Positions 11,235-23,595 are shown, counted from the first letter of the whole stretch. The stretch is DNA of 63,904 nucleotides, filler included, from Octopus bimaculoides (GCF_001194135.2; 7 parts of 7 records of this genome joined end to end with filler, not necessarily neighbours in it), one strand, 5' to 3'. Program-made: numbers and translations. Notes: generated from the letters alone by a model not told the origin.

Positions 11235-11276
11235 GGCAGCAGCAGTAGCAGCAGTAGCAGCAGTAGCAGCAGCAGC

Positions 11277-11346
<70 letters not shown>
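11235..11346. repeat. (GCAGTA)n/(GTA)n trinucleotide microsatellite
   Basis: Visible directly. Confidence 0.95.
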
Positions 11347-13130
11347 ATGATGATGATATAAATAAATAAATAGAATTGCAGTATGTTATGTTATATAACG
11401 TGATGTGTGAAAGAATTTGAGTTGGACACGAAGGTCAAAAGAATTTATTTTATTTGAAGAGGGATAGAAGATAAAGAGAATTTTTGTGCGCATGTGTGTG
11501 TATGTATGTGTGTGTATGCGTGTGCATGTACATGTGCGTGTACATGTGCGTGTACATGTGTATGTTTTCATACGAATAATGTTGTGCGTGTCAAAGAAAG
11601 ACAAATGCCTCAAACACGATGGAAAGAAGGTCCGCGTATCTGTATTAGAAAGATGAAATAATGGCGTAGATATGCGTGATCGAATGAACGAAACGCTTGT
11701 TAGTCACTCATTCTCGTATAAGACAATTAGATCAATACAACATACAAGAATCCATCAGAACTGTGTTAGGAAAAGAAAGGATAATTTTACAGATTATACT
11801 GAAGGTAAAGTACAAAGGTGACTTTAACAAAAACTTGGTCTCAAAAGGATTTAGTAAAGTAGAGTTTTCAAAAATAGGCAGTGGTAGGTCGAACTTTCAA
11901 GAACAATACGGCGGTTAACAGTACATGCCTTTGTGAATAACAATTCACAAATGTTTCATTTAAATATATAATTCAAAAGGTTGGCCATATTAGATGTAAT
12001 TCTGATCTGGTTTTATAGATCGGTTTTACAATGCTTTATATACAATAGATAAATGTATAATTTATATGTAAAATGTGGTACCTGAGGACAGGATGTATAA
12101 ATACCAGCAACGAATTTGTTAATAATACTCAAAAATCCATATACACTGTTGTATTTGTTTAATTATACAATTTAGATAACTCAAAGACGAAGCAAAAACT
12201 TTTTAAGTAGGAAATAAATGAGATACATTCGTGCAAACCATTTCAGATTTTATATATATATTTTAAAGGAATTTTGTGATATATAGAAGATGGAGAAAAT
12301 GTCTGAAATGGAACAACTTTGTTATTCGTTAGACAGTCTGAAGATCAATTTGCTGCCTGGATAATCAAATATTGGATCAGCGTAATATTTAGTCAATAAA
12401 GTGATTTCTTGATTGGTGATGTTTCTATGTCACTGGGATCGAATTTGAGCATCCATCTAGCGAAATATTGTTTTCTGTATAATTTTTTAAATATGATTTG
12501 TTTAATGTATTACAGAATAGCAGCACATACATTTTGACAACGCTTATAAATACGGATTCAGCACTATGGTGTCTACAACATTTATAAATCCTCTCTTCTA
12601 TACTGCCCGATTATATTTTCAACTCGAAAGATCATGGATATAGTTAGAGTTAACAAATTGACAGACAAGCCCGGTAGCATGGCAATCTATGGTATGTATT
12701 CAATTCTTAGTTGTAATTATTTCTTTTACTTCCGTAATGCCTTTGCAAAGTTATGAACATTGTAATTCCTAGTCTTCCATTTTCTCTAAAATCAGTAAAT
12801 AACAATTATCAACATTAATGGATAGTTTCGTACACGAATGGTAGAATAATTATCTTTAATAATCATATATTGCAGTTATTTACCATCGAGCTGGGGATTT
12901 TACCCCTTTTGGATAGGGACATTAACTCAGTAAATTATAAAGAAGCGTTTAGTACCTTACACAGTGATACCACATACAACTACAAACACATCTGTCGAAG
13001 TGGCTGAGTGGTGAACATCCATATACACTTCGCTTTAGTGATGGTTTTCATTTGCCAGGTACAAAGAATAAAAATAGGCCTAATTGAAGTTCATTCCAAT
13101 TGAACTTGAATTATCTCGCCTATCCATGTC

Positions 13131-13338
13131 TCTACTTGTTTCAATCATTAGACTTCGGCCATGCTGGGACACCGTCTTCAAGAATTTTCAGTCAAATGTA
13201 TCGACCCCAGCACTTATTATTTTTAAATCCTGGTACTTATTTTATCGGTCTCTTTTACCAAACCGCAAGGTTACGGGGTCGTAAACGCACTAATACTGGT
13301 TGTCAAGCGGTGGTGGGGAGACAAAAACAGACACAAAG

Positions 13339-13369
<31 letters not shown>

Positions 13370-13567
13370 TAGATATATAAATATATACATATATACGACG
13401 GCTTCTTTCAATTTCCGTCTACCAAATCCACTCACAAGGCTTTTGTCGGCCCTGTGGCTAAAGTAGAAGATATTTGCCCAAAGTGCTAAGCAGTGGGACT
13501 GAAACCGGAGCCATGTGATTGGGAAGTAAGTTTCTTACCACACAACCACAACCGCAGGGCTGCACCT
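13131..13567 (-). mobile_element. tRNA-derived SINE, family A (diverged copy)
   Basis: Reverse complement of the 16525-16929 element: head with GGTTTCAGTCCC B box, GCACTTTGGGCAAAT core, internal (CA)n and tail. Confidence 0.85.
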
Positions 13568-14089
13568 GCGTTTGTTCAAATTTTTAAAATAAGCTTTTAT
13601 AAGATTATGTATTTAAGATATAGTTGGTCAAAGATTACATGTATTTTCAAGCTTTATGCAAATTACTTTTTTCTAAAGTAATAGTCCTTCCACTGTTGTT
13701 TGTATAAATATTCTACAAAATACTTTAAATTCTTTTATTAATACTTGTAGAAATATCTCTTTCGATGATGAGATTAGGTGGCGGCACGATTATAACTTAA
13801 ACTGATTTATTTGATATTTATATGTTAATGTCAATTTATTACATATCTATTGGGTGCATAATGCACATTACTGCATCAATTTGTTATCCAATCCCTGAAA
13901 TAGCTGTAAAAGATTACCGTGGATTTTCACCTTTCTTCTCAATTGTATTTTCGCTTATGTAACCTATTTATGCTTATCTGTCTATTTATGAAGAACGATC
14001 ATGGATTATTGCATTGCTTTCTACTTAATTATATTTACATTTATATTTGTGCAATGTATCTATAATGCTTTGATATCCAAAAGAAGTCC

Positions 14090-14310
14090 TTGTACATCTT
14101 TTATTTTATTTTTATCATTAGATCCAACGGTGTGTTTCCTATAGCCAACTCTTACTCAGAAGGATTACATCTCCCATGATAGTGCAACTTATTCTTAAAT
14201 GCTTGGATACCCTAAACAATTGCTTGTCCATTTTATTTTTCCTTCATTAGATCCACTAGTGTGTTTCCTATAGTCAATTCTTGTCCAGCTGGATTACGTC
14301 TCCTTTGATT
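14090..14310. repeat. Diverged tandem duplication, period 129 bp
   Basis: CATTAGATCCA..GTGTGTTTCCTATAG..GGATTAC occurs twice, with GATCC at 14121 and 14250. Confidence 0.8.
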
Positions 14311-14395
14311 GGAACGTTAAACTTTAGGAATTTCATGTTGCTGGAGGACTGATATCCGATCTGTGTCTATTCTACGCCTTTTGATGAATTATCAC

Positions 14396-14433
<38 letters not shown>

Positions 14434-14519
14434 NNNNNNNNNNNNNNNNNNNNNNNNNNNNNNNNNNNNNATACATACATACATACATACATATACATAT
14501 ATACATACATTCATATGCA

Positions 14520-14565
<46 letters not shown>

Positions 14566-15200
14566 ATTCATTGTTTAGTGAAATACATCGCAGTATATAA
14601 TTCATGCCTTACAACAAAATATATTGCACAACACATAACATACTGTTTTACATTGTATTCTACTTAAATCCATTAACTCGAAATAAGCATACGTTTTAAT
14701 TTTAAAAACAAAATGTGGAATTATTTATCAGGAAGAACAGGCGCTTAGACAAGACAAATTTAAGCTGTTTGCTTAATTTTGACAAATACATTAATGTTAC
14801 CATATTCCGGATTGTTCAGTAAGTAAATAATAGATGAATGAATTATTAAGTAACTCTGCAGTAACAAAATATGAGCAATTTGCTTTCTGTTGTGTAGAAC
14901 CATGGCGAATGTAAAGATAAGTAGATCAATACTCACGAGAATTCAATATGGTGACACACGATAGCGATCATTTAACAAATATATTACAAGAAATAATGAT
15001 CTGATAGCACCACCTACAAAACGATTTCTTTTCCTTTGTTTTTATTCTTCTCCTTCTCTAAATCTCTTTATATTTTTGTGTCTGTAATTTTTTTCTGCTT
15101 TATTGTCATGTTGAAAACAAACGAGGGAAAATACGCTGAAAATGGAATGATGGAATTGTGAAATAAAGAAAAGAGTCTTGGCTGTTGATGAGAGAGAAAC

Positions 15201-15239
<39 letters not shown>

Positions 15240-15613
15240 AAGAATCAAAGAGGAGGAACTAAGATGTTATTTCACAGGTAAAAGATTTTTCTAAAATTAC
15301 TGATAGCATACATAAAATTTCTCACTATATAAGTTACTAGATAGGTGAGATCTGTGCCCGACGCAGAAACAGCAGGAGCTACTTAGAAGTCTTGCAAGCT
15401 CTTCTAAATCTACCGCAATGCTGGAAACCCTTCCGTATCGTCAACAGGTTTCGTCTATACGCTTCGCTTGAGCGGGGCAGCGAAGACTGAACTAGTCTTC
15501 GCCAGCGGAAAGGTTCCACTTGTGGCCTCTTATCAGCCAAAATCACTATGAGTATGTTTCATCTATCGTGCCTATCTTCTTCGTGACTTTCATCAGTTGT
15601 TTGGATCTTCAAC

Positions 15614-15844
15614 CTATTCTCTGTAGGAAATAGCGCACCAATCTCGCTGGGAAGCCGCAGCAACCGACTTCAATGGGGAATGAAGCTGCATGTCGCCTTC
15701 CTTTAGGAATCTGATACCCTTTGGTGGTGGTAGTGGCTGATGTTTGTTAGCCTTGACTCTTTGCAGTTTCGCCCACTTGACGATTTCTGAAAGGACCTTA
15801 TCATATTTCTGCTTGTATCTATCTTCTCCCTGTATCCTAGGCAT
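15614..15844 (-). CDS. Exon-like 76-aa ORF (MPRIQGEDRYKQKYDKVLSEIVKWAKLQ...) related to an internal motif of the 594-aa protein; may be a pseudogene
   Basis: Acceptor TATTTTAACCAG lies immediately before the ATG. Part of a GC-elevated non-repeat island (15350-15844). Shares P.I..QG..R..QKYDK...K.AKL and the 14-nt match CAGAAATATGATAA with ORF 3479-5263. Confidence 0.45.
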   Translation of the reverse strand: MPRIQGEDRYKQKYDKVLSEIVKWAKLQRVKANKHQPLPPPKGIRFLKEGDMQLHSPLKSVAAASQRDWCAISYRE

Positions 15845-16074
15845 CTGGTTAAAATATGGAATTGTACTTAAATAATTATATAACTTTGTTACTCCTAATT
15901 CAATGTCATCTTAACATCTTAAAACTCATATTGAGGATATTATGGGTTTTTTTGTTTAATCCACACAGCATTTCATATTACTTTTCAACATGCTGAAATC
16001 AATAAAATTAGTACCAGAACAATAGTGGAATCGGTTTATTCGACTGCATGTTCTCGCATTCAATGCAGGTCTTA

Positions 16075-16258
16075 GTGCGCTGAGCTGGCAGACTCCATTG
16101 AACGAAGAACAAAATGTTTTGCAGTATTTCTTCTGGTTCTCTACCTTCTGAGTTCAAATTCCTCTGAGGTCAACTTTGCCTTTCATTATTCCGGGGTCGA
16201 TAAAAGAAAGTACCTGTCAAGTACTAGGGTTGCATCCTTGTGCCTAAACCAGAAATAA
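16075..16258 (+). mobile_element. tRNA-derived SINE, family B (degenerate)
   Basis: GAGCTGGCAGA head and TTCTGAGTTCAAATTCC..GAGGTCAACTTTGCCTTTCAT..GGGGTCGATAAAA, shared with the copies at 41947, 52557 and 57401. Confidence 0.8.
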
Positions 16259-16524
16259 TTATGCTGTGAGCTTGCAGAAATAGAGAAGCGACGATTGGTT
16301 GGTTGGTTGGTTGGTTGGTTGGTGGATGGGTTCTCCTGTCACGCTTTACGTATTGAGAGAGAGGTACAAAAATAAATATAACATAATAGGTGCGGAATGG
16401 GTGTAATTGCGACGTTTAGAGGTAGGTAATGATAACTTTCTGAAAAATAAATACTCTCCAATGAAATTTTGCAGAGAAAGGTTTTCTTGATAGCGTAGAT
16501 AAAATTTAGGAAAATAATGATATA

Positions 16525-16929
16525 GGTGCAGGAGTGGCTTTGTGGTAAGTAGCTTGCTTACCAACCACATGATTCTGGGTTCAGTCCCACTGCATGGCAC
16601 CTTGGGCAAGTGTCTTCTACTATAGCCTCGGGCCGACCAAAGCCTTGTGAGTGGATTAGGTTGACGGAAACTGAAAGAAGCCCGTCGTATATATGCACAT
16701 ATATATATGTATGTGTGTGTATATGTTTGTGTGTCTGTGTTTGTCCCCCCAACATTGCTTGACAACCGATGCTGGTGTGTTTACGTCCCCGTAACTTAGC
16801 GGTTCGGCAAAAGAGACCGATAGAATAAGTACTAGGCTTACAAAGTCCTGGGGTCGATTTACTCGACTAAAGGCGGTGCTCCAGCACGGCCGCAGTCAAA
16901 TGACTGAAAAAAGTAAAAGAGTAAAGAGT
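16525..16929 (+). mobile_element. tRNA-derived SINE, family A (full length, young)
   Basis: A box TGGCTTTGTGG, B box GGGTTCAGTCCC, CORE-like ACCTTGGGCAAGT, internal (TA)/(TG) tract and an (AAAGAGT)-type tail. At least 6 related copies in the window. Confidence 0.92.
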
Positions 16930-17029
16930 ATTTATCGCAAATATACAAATGAGAGATTTGTTTTATTAACTTTTAAGGTACTAAATATTAAATTATCATG
17001 TGTACGGTGAACAGCGACAATCAAGACAA

Positions 17030-17075
17030 AGGCTTACCCTAGTGTTTCGACAACCTTGTTTCTCCTCAGCCAAGG
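17030..17075 (-). ncRNA. Hammerhead-ribozyme-like core (possibly degenerate)
   Basis: Minus strand reads CUGAGGA-GAAAC AAG GUUGUC-GAAAC ACUAGG GUA-AGCC. It has a full CUGANGA/GAAA core, G-C closed stem II with one bulge, A-U/C-G stem III and a GUA triplet. Stem I is not in register. Confidence 0.35.
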
Positions 17076-17291
17076 CCATCCCAGCCCAATGGATCTAACT
17101 AGAGTTTGGAACTCTTGTTTATAACTTCAGCAAACAAATTATTTATTGATACGTGTTGATACCTGCCAACCAGTAATAATCATCATGTTCGTGGTAAACA
17201 GCGAGAATCAAAATTATGATTCACATATTTATTCTTAATGTGTTCTGGCAGATTCGAACTAATTGCTGTTGTATTTTGTTTTTTCGGATGA

Positions 17292-17996
17292 CTCTTTACT
17301 CTTTACTCTTTTACTTGTTTCAGTCATTTGACTGCGGCCATGCTGGAGCACCGCCTTTAGTCGAGCAAATCGACCCCAGGACTTATTCTTTGTAAACCTA
17401 GTACTTATTCTATCGGTCTCTTTTTGCCGAACCGCTAAGTTACGGGGACGTAAACACACCAGCATCGGTTGTCAAGCGATGGTGAGGGGACAAACACAGA
17501 CACACAAACACACACACACACACACACATATATANNNNNNNNNNNNNNNNNNNNNNNNNNNNNNNNNNNNNNNNNNNNNNNNNNNNNNNNNNNNNNNNNN
17601 NNNNNNNNNNNNNNNNNNNNNNNNNNNNNNNNNNNNNNNNNNNNNNNNNNNNNNNNNNNNNNNNNNNNNNNNNNNNNNNNNNNNNNNNNNNNNNNNNNNN
17701 NNNNNNNNNNNNNNNNNNNNNNNNNNNNNNNNNNNNNNNNNNNNNNNNNNNNNNNNNNNNNNNNNNNNNNNNNNNNNNNNNNNNNNNNNNNNNNNNNNNN
17801 NNNNNNNNNNNNNNNNNNNATATATATATATATACGACGGGCTTCTTTCAGTTTCCGTCTACCAAATCCACTCACAAGGCTTTGGTCGGCCCGAGGCTAT
17901 AGTAGAAGACACTTGGCCAAGGTGCCACGCAGTGGGACTGAACCCGGAACCATGTGGTTAGTGAGTAAGCTACTTATCACACAGCCACTCCTGCGC
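17292..17996 (-). mobile_element. tRNA-derived SINE, family A (full length, N gap in the internal microsatellite)
   Basis: Near-identical reverse complement of 16525-16929. Confidence 0.92.
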
Positions 17997-18497
17997 AAGA
18001 AATTCGGTTCATTAACGTAAGGGGAGTTTAGGACAACTTAAGGGGAGCTTCGGCGTCATTTCCTCAGCCAGATCTATTCCGTACTAATCAATTTGACAAG
18101 AGTCTGTAGCTTTTGTTTGCAAATTCTTTACAGTTACGTACTGTTCTCTGCCAACCGGCTGATTCGAATGTGGGTATGCTTATCGCTGTTGTTTTGACAT
18201 TAGATAACAACTTCTCCTTTCACATACATGCATGTTCATAACACACTCTATTACGTAACTTATCGTTTTCATCCTTGCTGTTCACCGTGCATATACTCAA
18301 CCACTTGATGCCCTAATTTAATGAGCAAGAAATTCAGTTGATCGAAGAAACAGAATACTCATCGTCGAAACCGACAGTGATGCTTTTACTGCGACATATC
18401 TACATGTGTCCGTGTATGTATGTATGAGTTCGTGTATATAATATACGTATGCGTGAGCGTCCATCTATAGTTGTGTGTGAATGTATGTTTGTACACG

Positions 18498-18542
<45 letters not shown>

Positions 18543-18757
18543 ATTATATGTGTTCCTGTATGTATGTGTGTATATATATATANNNNNNNNNNNNNNNNNN
18601 NNNNNNNNNNNNNNNNNNNNNNNNNNTTAATTAATTAANNNNNNNNNNNNNNNNNNNNNNNNNNNNNNNNNNNNNNNNNNNNAGGTAATCCCATAAACCG
18701 GCCTTATCTAACTTTAATACACACACACACATATATGTATATCCATCTTTATGTAAA

Positions 18758-18790
<33 letters not shown>

Positions 18791-18945
18791 AGATAAACTG
18801 GTGGATGTGAATACATATGTTCACGTTTTTGTACGTATGCATACATATACACGCACATGTATATATAAATACGTTTACATCGGAAAACTGCTTTTCTTTA
18901 CGTCGTGATAAATTGAAAACGCAAAATGATTTTTATGTATTCATG

Positions 18946-18998
<53 letters not shown>

Positions 18999-19484
18999 AC
19001 AGTCATTGTTGCTGTTTCTTATAAACATCTATGCTGTTTGTCTAGCTATGTGTCTGTGTGTTCGTCTGTGTATTGGCATGTGCTACGAGTTCAGTTTATC
19101 AGCAAAACTATACAATGACATATGTGCGTGTGTGCAGCGGGCTTTCATTTATTTATTTATTTATTCATTTATTCATCTTTTAATTTCTTTTTTCTGAGTT
19201 AAAGCCGTTGCACCGTAGCTAAGTAGAACGTTTATAGTGAGTAAAAAATGGCAGGTTGGGGCTGTGTGTGTGTGTGTTAAAAACTGTCTGTCAGCTTTTG
19301 TTAATAAGATGATTGTTATTTTGGCTCTTCCCGCCCTTGTCGTGTTTACCAAACGCGAATGAGTTCCACCCACCCGTTCTTGGTATGTCTATCTACCTAA
19401 CTACCTAGCTAGCTGGGCAGGTAGCTTCGTAGGTAGCTATCTGCCGACACATGTGTCTAGTTTTCTACATACTACCTACTTACT

Positions 19485-19486
19485 AC

Positions 19487-19584
<98 letters not shown>

Positions 19585-19663
19585 CTCTATCTCTCTATAT
19601 CTGTCTCTCTATCTCTCTCTCTATCTGTCTGTCTATCTATCGATCTATCGATCTATCGATCTA

Positions 19664-19702
<39 letters not shown>

Positions 19703-19750
19703 CTCTCTATCTATCTTTCTATCTGTCTGTCTGTCTGCTTGCCTGCCTAT

Positions 19751-19827
<77 letters not shown>

Positions 19828-20010
19828 CATCCATCTATCTATCTATCTAATTCATCTGCCGGCCTGTCTGCCTGTCTATATGCCTGTCATTCACTTATCA
19901 GCCTGTCTAGCCATCCATCCATCCATCCATCCATCCATCCATCCANNNNNNNNNNATCCATCCATCCATCCATCCATCCATCCATCCATTCATCCATTCA
20001 TCCATTCATC
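19485..20010. repeat. Long compound tetranucleotide array (ATCT)n-(GTCT)n-(ATCC)n
   Basis: Visible directly. Confidence 0.95.
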
Positions 20011-20374
20011 CGAGCAGATAACCAATTCACAAACCAACTATCCTGGATATAATAAAATATATTGTGCAGAGTAAACGATCCCCTTTCGATTCCCAGTTGG
20101 AACACAAATACTTTTCGAAGCCAAACACTCCAAACAAGACCAGCAAACAACCTATTAAAAGACATAAATTCCTCTATAACTCCACCAATATGTGTGTGTT
20201 TGTGTGCGTGCGTGCGTGCGTGTGTGCATGCGTGTGTGCATGCGTGAGTGCGTGTGTGTCTTTAGTCTATCTTTAGTCGGTCTGACTTCGGCTAATTATC
20301 TTTCCTACATTCATTTCAATACAATTTCACTTTTTCTACTCTCCTGAGAGCTTTTAACACCTTCTACCCAACAG

Positions 20375-20410
20375 CTGTTACCACCGCCACCACCGTTACC
20401 ACCACCACCG

Positions 20411-20441
<31 letters not shown>

Positions 20442-20493
20442 CACCACCACCACCACTACTACTACTACCACTACCACTACTACCACCACCACC

Positions 20494-20524
<31 letters not shown>

Positions 20525-20590
20525 NNNNNNNNNNCCACCACCACCACTACTACTACTACTACTACCACTACCACTACTACCACCACCACC

Positions 20591-20638
<48 letters not shown>
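20375..20638. repeat. Compound (CCA)n/(CTA)n trinucleotide array
   Basis: Visible directly. Confidence 0.95.
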
Positions 20639-20639
<1 letters not shown>

Positions 20640-20812
20640 AGAAAAACCGAATTAAATATAAATATTTATATCTAATTTTACTCTGTGTACATAATGTATA
20701 TATATATATATATATACACACACACGCACACACACACACACACACACAGACAGACACACACACACACATATATATATATACGCGCACGCACAAGCACATA
20801 CACTTATAAATG

Positions 20813-20845
<33 letters not shown>

Positions 20846-20901
20846 ACACACTATGTATATATATATAGCTATAGTGTGTATGTATGTGTACGTTTGGCGT
20901 A

Positions 20902-20949
<48 letters not shown>

Positions 20950-22182
20950 CGTGTGTCTGTCTTTCTCTGTTTAATTACCTTCACCTCTTCCTACGTCTCT
21001 TCTTTCCCCTACCACCACCTCCAAAGATATTACCTCCACCACTACGGCTACGACTGCAGCAATAGCACAGCAAAAACTACAACTACTACTACAACTATTA
21101 CTACAACTACTACTTCCCTCACTCCTTCTACCATGCTTATACTACAACCGCGACTGCTGCTGCTGCTGCTAGTTCTTATCATCCACGATAGGGGAAGTGT
21201 TAGAACAAGTACTACCAAGCGATGCCCCTTCAGCAGTGAGGAGTGATAGTAAGAGGTGGTAGGAGAACTGACGTAGTGTATATTATTTTTTGACACATTC
21301 GTTTTGTTTCGACTATATTGTAGTCGTACGTACCCGGCTGGCTTCATTCTATACGTTGACTTCGTCGAGACCAACAGTTGTCTCTTCAATAAGCTGCCCC
21401 CCTTGGTTTTTTTTTACACATACCGTTTACAGGCAGGCAACATTTTTTTACTCAAGTGAATGAATAATAATAAGGGATCTTGCTATCCCGCAGTTGTATT
21501 ATTACGGACTTAATATATATATGATACAAAACATCGCAAATTTATTAACTGCTATAAATATATTTGTTTAAACTTTTAATTGAACTTTCATTGGAATTAG
21601 AGGATTTATATACATATATGAATATAAAGACATAACACCTCTGTATTTTCATCCAATAACTATATTTCCACGGATTCGTCTAATTATTGATATCAACATT
21701 CTTCAAGACACGGACTTCTTTGTAGCCCATCGAACCAAATACCTGCTCCTATTTGTATTTTCTTTACAAACCATTTTTTTCTCGTCTTTTAACCTCGATC
21801 GGTTTATTTTGAAATATTAATTTCCATTAATTAATTATTTGTTTCCAAGAATAACAATATAGCGTTTGATTAAATTCATGGACGACGCCGCCCAACGTTT
21901 TCACCGTAAATATTCCAAATATTCACTACTGTATGCTATATTGATAATATATAAATAACATCAGAGAATAATTTTTTAATTATTTTTACCTGTTGCTAAT
22001 CACCAAAATATTTAGTGGTGACCAGGTGTTGTTAAATTTGTGAAAAATATATAAGAAAACAGTCATCCGGTTAAAGACTTAAAATTTGTTACCCGTTCTT
22101 TTTATATATAAAATATATTAAAGCAATATAATAACTATAATAACATAAGAAGAAACGAGAGAGAAAGAAGAAATTAATCGAG

Positions 22183-22452
22183 ATGGAATCTAAAGCGACA
22201 CCAGACACAAACACCGCCACATTGTTTCAAATTTCGGACGACAAATACACGGCATCTATCGAATTATCGAATGCCTGTCGAGAATTTTATCGATCGAGGA
22301 TTAAAGCAGCAGAAATCGCTCGCAAGAAACTCGAGTGTGATTCAAATTTCGACAAAAGTGACACCGGTTCTAACTCAAGCGGTGCTAATAACCATCGTGT
22401 TCGCAAGAAGACCACAATAGACATCGCTATGGAACAATTACGAAGGGAAATG
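22183..22452 (+). CDS. First coding exon (90 aa) of a probable LURAP1/FAM89-family adaptor protein
   Basis: MESKATP...DDKYTASIELS...KKTTIDIAMEQLRREM, followed by the canonical donor ATG|GTAAGT at 22453 (phase 0). IDxAMxxLRREM resembles the start of the LURAP/FAM89 helical domain (LDxALxxLRKEM). Family call is from remembered motif similarity. Confidence 0.65.
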
Positions 22453-23294
22453 GTAAGTTTGTATTCTTTCATTCACAGTTAACACCATTAAGGGTTTTTA
22501 CAACATAAGAACACGCACATATTTGAAGACGGTGATATCTGTCCGTCTATGTATGTATGTAAGCATGTCTGTATGTACGTATGTATGTGTGTGTGCGAAC
22601 GAATTTGGCATGTTTTTTCATCAAACCTGGAAGAACAAAAACAGCTTTTTCAAGATTTAAACTGAAATTTCTTATCTATCTTAATTAATATTTATGTTGT
22701 GTAATGTGTGTGTTCGTTGTATACACACAACATATAAAGTTTCACACAGCATACAGGCATAAAATATTATCGGCATGTGATGATCTCAGCACTCTCAAAT
22801 GTTGTTTAGCTTCATTGTCAGTCAAGCCTAATCATGCAGATATATAATCAGAGGCGTTCCAAAAGTGACCATCTCATATTTTTTTTTTTATGTATTTGAA
22901 ACTCTTGTCTGCAGCACTTAAGATTTTAAATTCACCGAATGCAACTACTTAAAGGTTTCTTCGTTAGATCGCATCTTCTCCCTATGCATTTTGTTATCGT
23001 TATTTAGCCCTCGGTTAGCCGTGATCGAGCAGGCCTATGATAAAGGTATTTTCAGTATGTAACGTTTAATGGCAAGAGTCATAGGAGGATAATTTAACTA
23101 CTATTTCTCGAGGTTCTTACAACGAGGTAGAGTTAGGCTTGTATCTCGGAATGTATTTCGGCTTCGGTAATTCTGATAAAATGCTGGTAATTCAAAGACG
23201 GGGGGAAATAGCAAGTGCATCTACATCTGTATGTTGTACGTGTATGCGTGTAGACGGAATGGTGCGTATGTCAATACGTGAGGGAAGTGAAGCA

Positions 23295-23328
<34 letters not shown>

Positions 23329-23595
23329 GCGGGGGAGGGGGCATATATGGTAAAAAAGAAATATAATCAACGTTCGCCGGGATTAGTATCATATATATAT
23401 ATACATGTGTGTATGTTTACATACGTGTGTGTATAATGTATGTGGCAATCTTTCTGAGAAAGTATATCAAAATTGAAAGTATGTATTCGGTAATTTCTGT
23501 AAGAATTTTTTTTATTTAATTTCTTTTTCAGCTGAATCGCTTATGTGTATCCTCGTATATGTGCGTGTGTAATAGGTATAACCTTACGGCTAAGC

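Noticed and set aside
12270-14050. Fragments resembling a decayed multi-pass membrane protein (SDFLIG, INPLFY, LPLLFV.IFY, two ERSWI motifs)
   Set aside because: AT-rich DNA translates to hydrophobic I/F/L/Y stretches by chance. The motifs lie in inconsistent frames and order with many stops, and a shared 10-mer is expected by chance at this scale. A frameshift-aware HMM search would be needed.
16525-16600. tRNA genes at the SINE heads
   Set aside because: A/B boxes are present, but they continue into SINE bodies and I could not fold a complete cloverleaf.
18134-18173. 40-nt cassette with good acceptor and donor, plus acceptor-like sites at ~25424 and ~30080
   Set aside because: Splice-like signals alone are common. 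The latter two give stops in phase 0 and do not encode the LURAP continuation.
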